Below, in pieces: positions 48,900 to 57,736 of a stretch of DNA of 64,000 bases. Origin of the DNA: an uncultured Gammaproteobacteria bacterium. GTDB taxonomy: Bacteria; Patescibacteriota; Microgenomatia; Levybacterales; UBA12049. The translations under genes and the position numbers were made by a program. The stretch spans positions 26,926-90,925 of the forward strand of contig CAZWXQ010000006.1 in the NCBI GenBank assembly GCA_964637955.1. The letters run 5' to 3'. Every line of letters starts with the position of its first letter. Within the stretch, counting starts at the first letter, position 1. Under the pieces are notes generated by a model. That model did no database searches. It saw only the letters and a program-made list of their open reading frames with translations, and was not told where the DNA came from.

Positions 48900-50073
48900 G
48901 CATACAGGAAAGGTGAAAATAGGGTTTGGGGAGGGGGCTAAATGAGCCGTCATTACTACCGCACTTGGGTAGACTAGACAGGTCAATGCTCCTCCCATTC
49001 CCTTACGCCTTCCTGACGCTCTTGACCCGCAGGTCTAGTGCGCCTTCACCGCGTTAACGGCTCGGATGAGTCGTGCGTTCTTGGGGCCACCATCCATGCG
49101 AGTTCGCATGAAGAGGTCATAGACCGCACGGTCGTAGATCGTCCTGTCTAGAACGAGCTTGAACTTCTTCGAAGACACCATCGAGCCGGGATCTCTGTGC
49201 GTGTAAGGCCAGGTGGACAGTTCATCGTTCGTGAACCAGTTTGTTGGATCGATGAACTCGATCGGCGGGCACGCGTGGGCGTAGCCGTACCGAACGATGC
49301 GGTCGCTGGTCAACTTGTCCTTGATCGTGTCCAGGCAGTAGGTGTCCGGGTATCCGGTCAGGTAGATGGCGATCTCCTTCAGCGTTGCCGTCGGAGACAA
49401 GAAGGGCGGTACGCCCAACATGAACCAGCCACCAGGCCGATTGAACCAGAGGACGAGACCCTCGTTGGCTGCGTAGAACAGCTCACCGCGGGAATACCTG
49501 CGTGAGATGCCGGGGGCTCCGAGTACCGCGTTGCGGTAGTTGAAGACCAGGTTCGGCATCTCGTCCGGTGCGTACCACGACGCGAAGCAGAAGTTGGCAT
49601 CGATGACGACGTTCTCGACCGTGACGGTCTTGAAGTCGCGCTTGATGCGCTTCTTCGGCTTGATCAGCGTGTCGCACAGCGCCGGATCGTCGTGGATGAC
49701 CAGGATCGGATGGCCACTCGTCAGTGTCACCTTCTGGACACCTCTTGCCACGTGGGCGCGGATTGTGTCGTTGGGTGTGCTGGCGCTAGCCACAGAACCG
49801 ACGATGAGGACCGCGGATGTCGCGATCAAGATCGAGGCTCCAAGCTTCCTGAGATTCACTGCGTTTCCTCCGAGTACTAGGCGATTCCTGAGACGGTTCG
49901 GCCTCGACATCAGTCGATGACGAACTCTTTCCTGTATGCGAATTGAAATGTGCTGTCGCGAGCATCTTTTTTCTCTGTCGATGTTTTCTCCAGATGAGCT
50001 TTGCAAAAAAGCGAGATTCTTTTGACGGCTGACATTATACCATAAAAAGTGTGACACATCAAAACTATAGGTC
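48900..50073 (-). other. High-GC cassette 4 with structured leader and paired ends
   Basis: TTGATG-N17-TATAAT(50039); GCTTT-TTTGC-AAAGC 49998-50012; boxA-like 49943-49954; 13-bp inverted repeat 49927-49939/48900-48912. Confidence 0.75.
49035..49859 (-). CDS. Secreted high-GC orphan protein (274 aa)
   Basis: GGAGG SD before GTG 49859; signal peptide MNLRKLGASILIATSAVLIVGSVASA. Confidence 0.75.
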   Translation of the reverse strand: MNLRKLGASILIATSAVLIVGSVASASTPNDTIRAHVARGVQKVTLTSGHPILVIHDDPALCDTLIKPKKRIKRDFKTVTVENVVIDANFCFASWYAPDEMPNLVFNYRNAVLGAPGISRRYSRGELFYAANEGLVLWFNRPGGWFMLGVPPFLSPTATLKEIAIYLTGYPDTYCLDTIKDKLTSDRIVRYGYAHACPPIEFIDPTNWFTNDELSTWPYTHRDPGSMVSSKKFKLVLDRTIYDRAVYDLFMRTRMDGGPKNARLIRAVNAVKAH

Positions 50074-50113
50074 AATAATTCAAGGCTAAAATGTTATATG
50101 ATACAATTTGTTT

Positions 50114-51790
50114 ATGAAAATAAAAGAAGAGTTAGAAAAGAAGCTTTCAGAAATTGTTTCTGAGCTTGTAGGTCAAGAAATTGAAGCACAGGTTTCTATT
50201 CCAAACGACCTTTCTAAGGGAGATTTTACATCAAATATCGCCATGAGGCTTGCTGGAAAAATGGGGAGCCCAATGGAGGCAGGAGAGAAGATAGTCGAGA
50301 AACTTCGCGAGGATAAGGATTTATATTCCAAATTTACCAAGATCGAACTTGTGAACCCAGGATTTATAAATTTCTTTATTTCCCATGAATTAATATTTGA
50401 TTCTGTTGCTAAAGCGTTGAAGGGATTTGAGAACGATGTAGCCAAGGCGAGCATAATTATGGAGTTTGGAGACCTCAATCCTTTTAAAGAGCCTCATATT
50501 GGGCACATCAGAAACTTTACTTTAGGTGAAGCTTTATCGAGACTGTTTGAATTTACTGGCAATAAGGTTTTTAGAGTAAATTATGAAGGTGATGTAGGTA
50601 TGCATGTGGCTAAATCTATTTGGGGAATTAGAAAGTCTGGCGAGTTTGAAAAAGTATCAGGGGAAGATTTGGAAGCTCGAGCAAAATTTTTAGGTAAATG
50701 CTACGCCTCAGGCGCAAAGGCTTTTGAAGAAGATGAGGTTGCAAAGAAAGAAATTGTGGCTATAAATAAAAAGGTTTATGAAAAAGACCCAGAAATTATA
50801 GAGATTTGGGAAATTGGAAGAGCATGGAGCCTTGAGTATTTCGAAGGGCTTTATAAAAGGGTTGGAGTGAAATATGAAAATTATTATTTCGAGTCAGAAA
50901 TTGCAGAGCAGGGGAAAAAGATCGTTTTGGAAAATCCTGATGTTTTTGAAAATGATAACGGGTCATATATTTTTCGGGGTGAAAAATTTGGATTACATAC
51001 CAGAGTTTTTATAAACAGCGAGGGAAATCCTATTTATGAAGCGAAGGATTTGGGGTTGGCTTTTGCGAAAAATCGAGATTTTCCAAATGTCGATAAATCG
51101 ATAATTATGACGGCAAATGAACAAGCTGATTACTTCAAAGTTTTGATAAAAGCGTTGGGAGAAGTGGATGAAAAAATCGCCGAAAAAACTGCTCATTTAT
51201 CATATGGTTTTATAGATCTTAAGGAAGGGAAAATGTCGTCGAGAAGTGGAAATGTAGTGTCTGGTTTTTGGTTACTTGATGAAACAAAAAAAAGATTAAA
51301 AGAAGGGTTTAAAGAGGTCTCAGACGACGTCGCAGAAGATTTAGCTATCGGAGCAGTAAAATGGTCAATGCTTAAGTTTTCACGGGAATCTAACATTAAG
51401 TTCTCGATAGAAGAAAGCATTGATTTGGCAGGCAATTCAGGTCCGTATATTCAGTATACATACGCTCGAATTTCGTCAATTATTTCTAAATCCTCAAAAA
51501 GCGATATAGCCTCAATTTCCGTGAAAAATTACCCCCCAGAATTGCTAGCACTAGGCCGACTTGTTTGCCAATTTGAAAGTGTTGTAAAAACCGCTAAAGA
51601 CCATTTTTCGCCAAACTTTTTAACAGAATATCTGTTTGTTCTCGCCCAAAACTTTAATGCGTTTTATGAAAAGGAAAAGATCATTGGGAGTGAAAATGAA
51701 AGTGAAAAATTGGCGGTAAGTTTGGCAGTAAAAAATGTAATAGGAAAGGGTTTGAATTTACTAGGAATTAATACCCCGGAGAAGATCTAG
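50114..51790 (+). CDS. argS: Arginine--tRNA ligase
   Basis: GDFTSN, NPFKEPHIGH, GKMSSRSG, GPYIQYTYARI, FNAFY. Confidence 0.96.
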   Translation: MKIKEELEKKLSEIVSELVGQEIEAQVSIPNDLSKGDFTSNIAMRLAGKMGSPMEAGEKIVEKLREDKDLYSKFTKIELVNPGFINFFISHELIFDSVAKALKGFENDVAKASIIMEFGDLNPFKEPHIGHIRNFTLGEALSRLFEFTGNKVFRVNYEGDVGMHVAKSIWGIRKSGEFEKVSGEDLEARAKFLGKCYASGAKAFEEDEVAKKEIVAINKKVYEKDPEIIEIWEIGRAWSLEYFEGLYKRVGVKYENYYFESEIAEQGKKIVLENPDVFENDNGSYIFRGEKFGLHTRVFINSEGNPIYEAKDLGLAFAKNRDFPNVDKSIIMTANEQADYFKVLIKALGEVDEKIAEKTAHLSYGFIDLKEGKMSSRSGNVVSGFWLLDETKKRLKEGFKEVSDDVAEDLAIGAVKWSMLKFSRESNIKFSIEESIDLAGNSGPYIQYTYARISSIISKSSKSDIASISVKNYPPELLALGRLVCQFESVVKTAKDHFSPNFLTEYLFVLAQNFNAFYEKEKIIGSENESEKLAVSLAVKNVIGKGLNLLGINTPEKI

Positions 51791-51826
51791 TTTGACTTCT
51801 AAATCTACAAGTCGTAGCATAAAATT

Positions 51827-53086
51827 ATGCATAAACTTCGTTCGGAAAGAGGATTTTTCTTATCAGGAATTTTGCTTGGAGCAGGAGCGATACTGGTTAT
51901 GGGGGTCATGTTTGTGATTGTTTTGAGAAGTTTTTTGTCCAGCCGCTCTCTAGCTTGGCGATCAGACTTTCAGAAAGGTTGTTCGTGGAAGTCCCCAGAT
52001 GTATCGAATAAGAAATCTATCTGCGGTGAGCATATTTACCAATATGATTCTGGGGATAATCTTGTCAATATTGTTACGCATTCAGGTTATAACGATTTAT
52101 ATTCAATATCTAAGGATACAGGTAATTTGATTTGGAACACATCTGTTTTAAGTGCTTTTTATAAGCAAGATGGCTCAATTTATCCAAATAACAACAAGGA
52201 TTCATTTAAATCTTTTAACAATAAAATTTACTTGTTCGGAATAAGTAGAGTAACCGCTTTAAGTTCAGACACAGGTGAGCAAATAAATTCGGTAATATTT
52301 CCATTTCATACAAGTTCAGATGCCGTATTGGAAGATGAAAAATTTCTAATCGTAAGTGATGAAGGAAAATTATATGAAATAGATCCAGAGACTTTATCAT
52401 ATAGTCAAAAGGGAGATTTGCCCTATTGGGATAAAGAGATCCCGAAAATGAAAGTGGATGGAAATATTATTTACTACATAGGTGATCCTAATCAAGATCA
52501 GCATTATGATAGTAAGTTTATGGCTTTTGATTTTGTAAACAAAAAATTGATTTGGGCAATTGATAATGTTCCTCAGGATTTAGGTGGGTCACCAATGGAT
52601 GATAAATATATATATGTTTTTAGTAATGATCAAGTTTTTGCCTTAAATAAAGAAGCAGGTGAGTTAGCATGGTCAATACATGCAAATGAAAATAATCCTC
52701 GCATGAACAGTAATCCTATGCTCATAGCTCTTTCTAAAAACAATATAGTAGCTGCATTTGATGATAAAATAAACGTATTAGATAAATACTCCGGTAATGT
52801 TGTCAATTCATTTCCAGAGGACGGTGAAGTTGCTAGTGCATTAAAAATAGACAATGACATAATGTATATTTTATATATCAATTTAGATCATGCTTTCGAT
52901 GGTGTGTCGAAAAGTTGGGTAGTGGCACAAGATATTAATACTGGAAAAGAAATAGCAAAATTCAGTTACGGTAAAACCGGTATTGATAGCATATTTTCAG
53001 ACCCCATAATAGGTGATAGTTATATCTATGCGATATGCAGACGCCAGGCATGTGCATTTAAGAAGCCTCAGATAACTAATGAATAG
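51827..53086 (+). CDS. Membrane-anchored PQQ-like beta-propeller protein
   Basis: TM then repeated A(L/I).K.TG...W blades. Confidence 0.75.
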   Translation: MHKLRSERGFFLSGILLGAGAILVMGVMFVIVLRSFLSSRSLAWRSDFQKGCSWKSPDVSNKKSICGEHIYQYDSGDNLVNIVTHSGYNDLYSISKDTGNLIWNTSVLSAFYKQDGSIYPNNNKDSFKSFNNKIYLFGISRVTALSSDTGEQINSVIFPFHTSSDAVLEDEKFLIVSDEGKLYEIDPETLSYSQKGDLPYWDKEIPKMKVDGNIIYYIGDPNQDQHYDSKFMAFDFVNKKLIWAIDNVPQDLGGSPMDDKYIYVFSNDQVFALNKEAGELAWSIHANENNPRMNSNPMLIALSKNNIVAAFDDKINVLDKYSGNVVNSFPEDGEVASALKIDNDIMYILYINLDHAFDGVSKSWVVAQDINTGKEIAKFSYGKTGIDSIFSDPIIGDSYIYAICRRQACAFKKPQITNE

Positions 53087-53128
53087 CTACTAGTTTTAAT
53101 TTAAATTTAAACATGCTAGAATTCTTTC

Positions 53129-54427
53129 ATGAAATTTAATAAGAAAGTTCTTCCAAATGGCCTCACTGTAATTTCTGTCCCAATGCCCTCATTTGAATCT
53201 GCAACAGCTCTTATTATGGTTGGAGCAGGTAGTCGCTACGAAACTCATAAGAACAATGGTATTTCTCATTTCCTAGAGCACATGGCCTTTAAAGGGACCA
53301 AGACGCGCCCCACATATCTAGAAATTGCAGGCCTGATCGATGGAATTGGTGGCGAATTCAACGCATTTACCTCTAAGGAATACACTGGGTATTATGTTAA
53401 GGCTGGAAAAAATAATGTTGAGGTCATAACTGATCTTCTTTCAGATATGATTCAGAATTCACTTCTTGATTCAGCCGAGATTGAAAAGGAAAAAGGAGTA
53501 ATAATTGAAGAAATCAATTTATATGAAGATACTCCAATGAGGCATATAGGTGATATTTTTGAAAGACTTCTTTACGGAGATACTCCGCTTGGCTGGGATA
53601 CGGCAGGGGAAAAGGATATTATTAAGTCTCTGAAGCGTGAAGATTTTGTAGATTACATGAAATCACTATATAGCCCTGATAATATTACTATTATCTTCGC
53701 AGGTGGAATTGAGAGTAAGGCAGTTGAGAAGCTTGCTTTTAAATATTTGGGCACTCTTAAGAAATCAAAGACAGCAAAAGCACTTCCAATTAAAGAGGAT
53801 CAGTCTAAGCCAGTTGCAGCTATAAAGCATAAGGTTACAGAGCAGGCTCATCTTGCTCTTGGAGTAAGAACTGTTTCTTTGGATTCACATGACAGATATC
53901 CGCTTTCAGTTTTAGCTTCAATTTTAGGTGGGGGAATGAGTTCTAGATTGTTCTCAGAGGTTCGTGAGAAAAGAGGACTTGCTTACTATGTACGAGCTTC
54001 ATCTGATCATTATGCAGATGCAGGTTCATTAGTCGTTACAGCTGGAGTTGATCCTAAGAGAATATTTGAAGCCGTTGAAGTAATAATTGCCGAGTTAGCT
54101 AATCTTAGAGATGAGAAAAAGCCTATTTCTAAAGAAGAGCTAAGAAAAGCGAAAGAATATATTAAAGGGCACTTGGTTTTGGAACTTGAAGATAGTCGAA
54201 GTGTATCAATATACTACGCAACACAACAAATATTAGAAAAAGATATCGATAATCCAGAAGAAGTATTGAAAAAAGTTGACGCAGTGACAATAGATGATAT
54301 ATTGCGAGTTAGTAAAAAATATTTAGTAAGTAAAACTTTGAACTTTGCAGTAATTGGTAATTTTGGAAAAGATAAAAAGACTGAAGACGAAAATAAGAAA
54401 AAGTTTGAAAAACTCCTTAAGCTCTAA
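53129..54427 (+). CDS. M16 family zinc peptidase
   Basis: HFLEH (HxxEH), NAFTS, SSRLFSEVREKRGLAY. Confidence 0.94.
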   Translation: MKFNKKVLPNGLTVISVPMPSFESATALIMVGAGSRYETHKNNGISHFLEHMAFKGTKTRPTYLEIAGLIDGIGGEFNAFTSKEYTGYYVKAGKNNVEVITDLLSDMIQNSLLDSAEIEKEKGVIIEEINLYEDTPMRHIGDIFERLLYGDTPLGWDTAGEKDIIKSLKREDFVDYMKSLYSPDNITIIFAGGIESKAVEKLAFKYLGTLKKSKTAKALPIKEDQSKPVAAIKHKVTEQAHLALGVRTVSLDSHDRYPLSVLASILGGGMSSRLFSEVREKRGLAYYVRASSDHYADAGSLVVTAGVDPKRIFEAVEVIIAELANLRDEKKPISKEELRKAKEYIKGHLVLELEDSRSVSIYYATQQILEKDIDNPEEVLKKVDAVTIDDILRVSKKYLVSKTLNFAVIGNFGKDKKTEDENKKKFEKLLKL

Positions 54428-55239
54428 ACTATCCTCATTCTAGGGGTTCCGATTCCAAGTTTTCTAGTATAGATTATTCCATTTCCCAGGTGAATTTCTT
54501 TTCCTTCTCTTAATCCATCAATCTGTCTTTTCATTTTTTCTGATAAGACAAAACCGGCTCTTTCAAAAATTGCTGAATAAGCAGAGTTAGAACTTACAGG
54601 AACAAATAGAAGATCATTTCCTCTTAAAAGACTTGGGTATTTAGCTTGAATTTCTCTAGCTGCTTTGATTTCTTGTATTTTTTCATTTTCATAACGCTGT
54701 TGAGTGCTCATTTCTGGAACTAAGTCATTAGTTGCTGTCAAATGTGCTTTAATAATTCCTCTTTGAAGTCTAGCGATTAGCAAATCTAGTCTACCTCTTC
54801 CTTCTGGAGATCTTAAATCTAATTCAGTTGAATATCCTTCTGCAGTAGTGAGGTCCGCGCTTGTAAAATCGGTGTGTCTGTCTGGAAATTTGAGAAATTC
54901 TAAAAATGCCTGATCATTAGTATGCAGAGTGAGCCTGCTAATTGTATCATAGGATTTAGCTATGCTTCCATCTGCTTGCATTCCAGTTACTTGATATGTT
55001 CCATCAGGGAGTCTAGTTGCAGATGTCCCGTGGTCAAGTTTAATCGCAGGATAAGTTAACAAAACGTCAGCAAGAGATCTTAAGTGTTGTGCTTGTGTTG
55101 ATAAATCAATATCGACTCTAGGTGCTGGTTCAGGAAATCCTACTCCAGATTCAACGGGCGCTGCGGAACTTGGCATTAAGGCGCGATCTCTCTTTCCAAA
55201 CAAAGCTGGTAATCTTGATAAAGATAATTCAGGTCTCAT
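54424..55239 (-). CDS. Hypothetical protein
   Basis: 271-aa ORF with TATAAT just upstream. Confidence 0.6.
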   Translation of the reverse strand: MRPELSLSRLPALFGKRDRALMPSSAAPVESGVGFPEPAPRVDIDLSTQAQHLRSLADVLLTYPAIKLDHGTSATRLPDGTYQVTGMQADGSIAKSYDTISRLTLHTNDQAFLEFLKFPDRHTDFTSADLTTAEGYSTELDLRSPEGRGRLDLLIARLQRGIIKAHLTATNDLVPEMSTQQRYENEKIQEIKAAREIQAKYPSLLRGNDLLFVPVSSNSAYSAIFERAGFVLSEKMKRQIDGLREGKEIHLGNGIIYTRKLGIGTPRMRIV

Positions 55240-55398
55240 AGTAAGCGCGAATTATATCAAAATATATCAAAATGTCAAATTTGGGAAGTCAACGTGCATA
55301 AGATCTATTTCTTTTTAATGTTTAATGATAACTCATAGTTAACTATTTTGTTACAGTTTGTGCCGTTGCTTTTATTCCAAAAGAATTTGTATAGTGGA

Positions 55399-57234
55399 AT
55401 GGCTAAAAGGATGTCGGCAGAAATAAAGCCAGGGCTTAATCCAGATCAATTAAGTGCGCAAAGTGAGGTTTTATTACCTGATGCGATCGTAAGACAAGAA
55501 ATGATTTCTCCTCTTGAAGAAGAAGCTCCTCCTGAACATTGTGGAATTGTGGTAATAATTCCCAAAGAGCCCAAAAAGCTTCTTGATACGCTATACCTGG
55601 CGGGAAGTGGGGTTGCTCATAGAGGTTCAGATAATGGAGTTGGGTTATTATCGATTGGAGGAGATAAGCTTAAATTAATTCATGCTGAAGGAACTTATCA
55701 GCAGGCATTATCCGCCTCACTGACAAGCGAAACTACTTTAAATGGTAATGTCCATGTCCAAAGACTTAAGCGTGAAAGTATAATGGCTGGGCTTGATGAA
55801 GTTTCTGAGTTATCTGCAGTTCATGTAAGATATGGTACGGCTGGAGATTACTCCGTAGATAATGATCAGCCAAGTCTTGAAATTGCCTCTGATAATACTG
55901 AAGTAAGCGTTTCTCATAATGGTGAATATCCGGGTGCTGAAAAAATTAGAGCAAAAATTAGAGGTGAAGTTTCCCCAGAAGCAAGCGATACGATTTTAAT
56001 CACAAAGCTGTTGGCGCAGGAAATCGGTTACGGTGCAGGGCAAGGAGTATCTCTTGGAGAAAATTGGGATCGGGCTTTTAAAAAAGTATTTGAGGAAAAT
56101 CCTGGAGCCGCAGCCCAATTCACTTTTCTTAGAGATCCAAAAACTAATTATTGGAGAGCATATTTTTCTAGAGATATGGATGGAATTAGACCCATGATTG
56201 AGGGCAATACAGCCGAGGGAGATTTGATATTTGCCTCAGAAACTGTTGCTATGGATGAGATTGGTGGAAGTGTGGTTAGGTCACTAAGAGCAGGGGAGAT
56301 CACAAGCGTTGATAGTAATGGGCAAAAAAATATCTTGAGAGAAGGTCAACTTGTTCAAAATTCATCAGGAATTCTTTCTCAAAAAGAAGTTGAGAGGCTT
56401 TGTGTAATGGAAAAGATCTATTTTGGTCGCCCTGATTCACTTGAGCCAAATCCTTTTACAGATCCTTCCGAATGGAGATCTTATGGACAGATAAGAGATT
56501 CAATTGGTGCGCGTCTTGCAGAGCTCTACGGTGATCAAGTTGACTTGGATTTTGTGGTAGGTGTTCCTAAATCAGGAATTCCATATGCGGAGGGTTTTTC
56601 TAGGCAATCACGCGTGCCTTATCAAGGGATAATTATTCACGATTTAAATATGAGAGTTTTTATGCAGGATCAGCATAGAAGTGCAATGCGAGCTCTTGCA
56701 AGAAGTAAATTTAAAATAGACAAAAGAGACATACTGAAAGGAGCAAGAGTGGGTGTCTTTGATGATACTTTGATTCGTGGAACTGAGGCTCCAGCTATAA
56801 TTAATCTTCTTAAAGATGCAGGAGCATCACAGGTAGATTTATTTCTTGGATATACGCCATATAATCACACCTGTCATCTAGGAATGAGCACTAGAAATTA
56901 TACTGAGCTTGCAGGACATAGATTGGGACTTGATCCTTATAATCCAGATACACAGGCTTTATCTAAAGAAATCGGTGCTCATAAAACATTTTTTCTTCCA
57001 CCAGCAGACCTAATTGAATTAACTTCGCTTCCTGGGCATGAATTTAAGCGCCCTAATGATCCAACTGAGATAACTTTGGCAAATGACCAATGTGGAGGCT
57101 GTATTTTTGGCAACTATCCTGTGGATAAAGATGGGGAGCGGCAATCTGCAAGATCTTCATTAACAGTATTGGATAGAGCGGATTTCAGGAGGTTTAGAGA
57201 CCCTAATTTTCCTGAGTTTGTTCACGCAAAATAG
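55399..57234 (+). CDS. purF: Amidophosphoribosyltransferase-like protein (divergent)
   Basis: EH-CGIV Ntn cysteine, HRG, HVRYGT, SHNG, SDT, FASET, VPKSG, DDTLIRGT, Fe-S cysteines (LCVME, TCHLG, CGGC); start uncertain. Confidence 0.8.
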   Translation: MAKRMSAEIKPGLNPDQLSAQSEVLLPDAIVRQEMISPLEEEAPPEHCGIVVIIPKEPKKLLDTLYLAGSGVAHRGSDNGVGLLSIGGDKLKLIHAEGTYQQALSASLTSETTLNGNVHVQRLKRESIMAGLDEVSELSAVHVRYGTAGDYSVDNDQPSLEIASDNTEVSVSHNGEYPGAEKIRAKIRGEVSPEASDTILITKLLAQEIGYGAGQGVSLGENWDRAFKKVFEENPGAAAQFTFLRDPKTNYWRAYFSRDMDGIRPMIEGNTAEGDLIFASETVAMDEIGGSVVRSLRAGEITSVDSNGQKNILREGQLVQNSSGILSQKEVERLCVMEKIYFGRPDSLEPNPFTDPSEWRSYGQIRDSIGARLAELYGDQVDLDFVVGVPKSGIPYAEGFSRQSRVPYQGIIIHDLNMRVFMQDQHRSAMRALARSKFKIDKRDILKGARVGVFDDTLIRGTEAPAIINLLKDAGASQVDLFLGYTPYNHTCHLGMSTRNYTELAGHRLGLDPYNPDTQALSKEIGAHKTFFLPPADLIELTSLPGHEFKRPNDPTEITLANDQCGGCIFGNYPVDKDGERQSARSSLTVLDRADFRRFRDPNFPEFVHAK

Positions 57235-57274
57235 CTATTTACTATTTTCCGTTTTCCAATTACAATATGAATCT

Positions 57275-57736
57275 ATGAACAGAAGCGTTGTAATAGTAAA
57301 GCCAGATGGAGTCCAAAGAGGACTTATCGGTGAAATCATCCACAGATTTGAAAGAAAAGGATTGAAATTAGTTGCATGCAAAATGATCGCGCTTGAAGAT
57401 GCACTGCTTGAGCAGTGGTATGTTCATCATAAAGATAAGCCATTTTTCCCAGGCTTGAAGTCGTATATGCAATCATATCCAGTTGTAGCTATGGTTTGGG
57501 AGGGATATGAGGCTGTTCCAGCTATACGAGCTATGCTTGGTGTTACAAAGTCTCGAGAAGCAGCTCCAGGAACTATAAGAGGAGATTTCGGAATGAGTCA
57601 GCAATATAATCTCATTCATGCTTCAGAGAACAGTGAAGCTGCAGAAAAAGAAATTGGACTTATGTTTGATGATTCTGAAATTTTCGAATGGGAGAGAACA
57701 GAAGCAGAACACGTTTATCTCCCAGACGAGAAGTAG
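57275..57736 (+). CDS. ndk: Nucleoside diphosphate kinase
   Basis: VKPDGVQRGLIGEII.RFE.KG, PGTIRGDF, NLIHAS. Confidence 0.97.
   Translation: MNRSVVIVKPDGVQRGLIGEIIHRFERKGLKLVACKMIALEDALLEQWYVHHKDKPFFPGLKSYMQSYPVVAMVWEGYEAVPAIRAMLGVTKSREAAPGTIRGDFGMSQQYNLIHASENSEAAEKEIGLMFDDSEIFEWERTEAEHVYLPDEK

Noticed and set aside
37897-50073. High-GC stretches as assembly chimeras or contamination
   Set aside because: All four carry the same ordered leader elements, GC changes gradually through the leader, and a native AT-rich repeat sits inside leader 1. Read mapping is still needed for certainty.
49860-50075. Long N-terminal extensions in the ORF track (49035-50075; also 16931-18334)
   Set aside because: They run through promoter or leader sequence; better SD-led starts are at 49859 and 18145.
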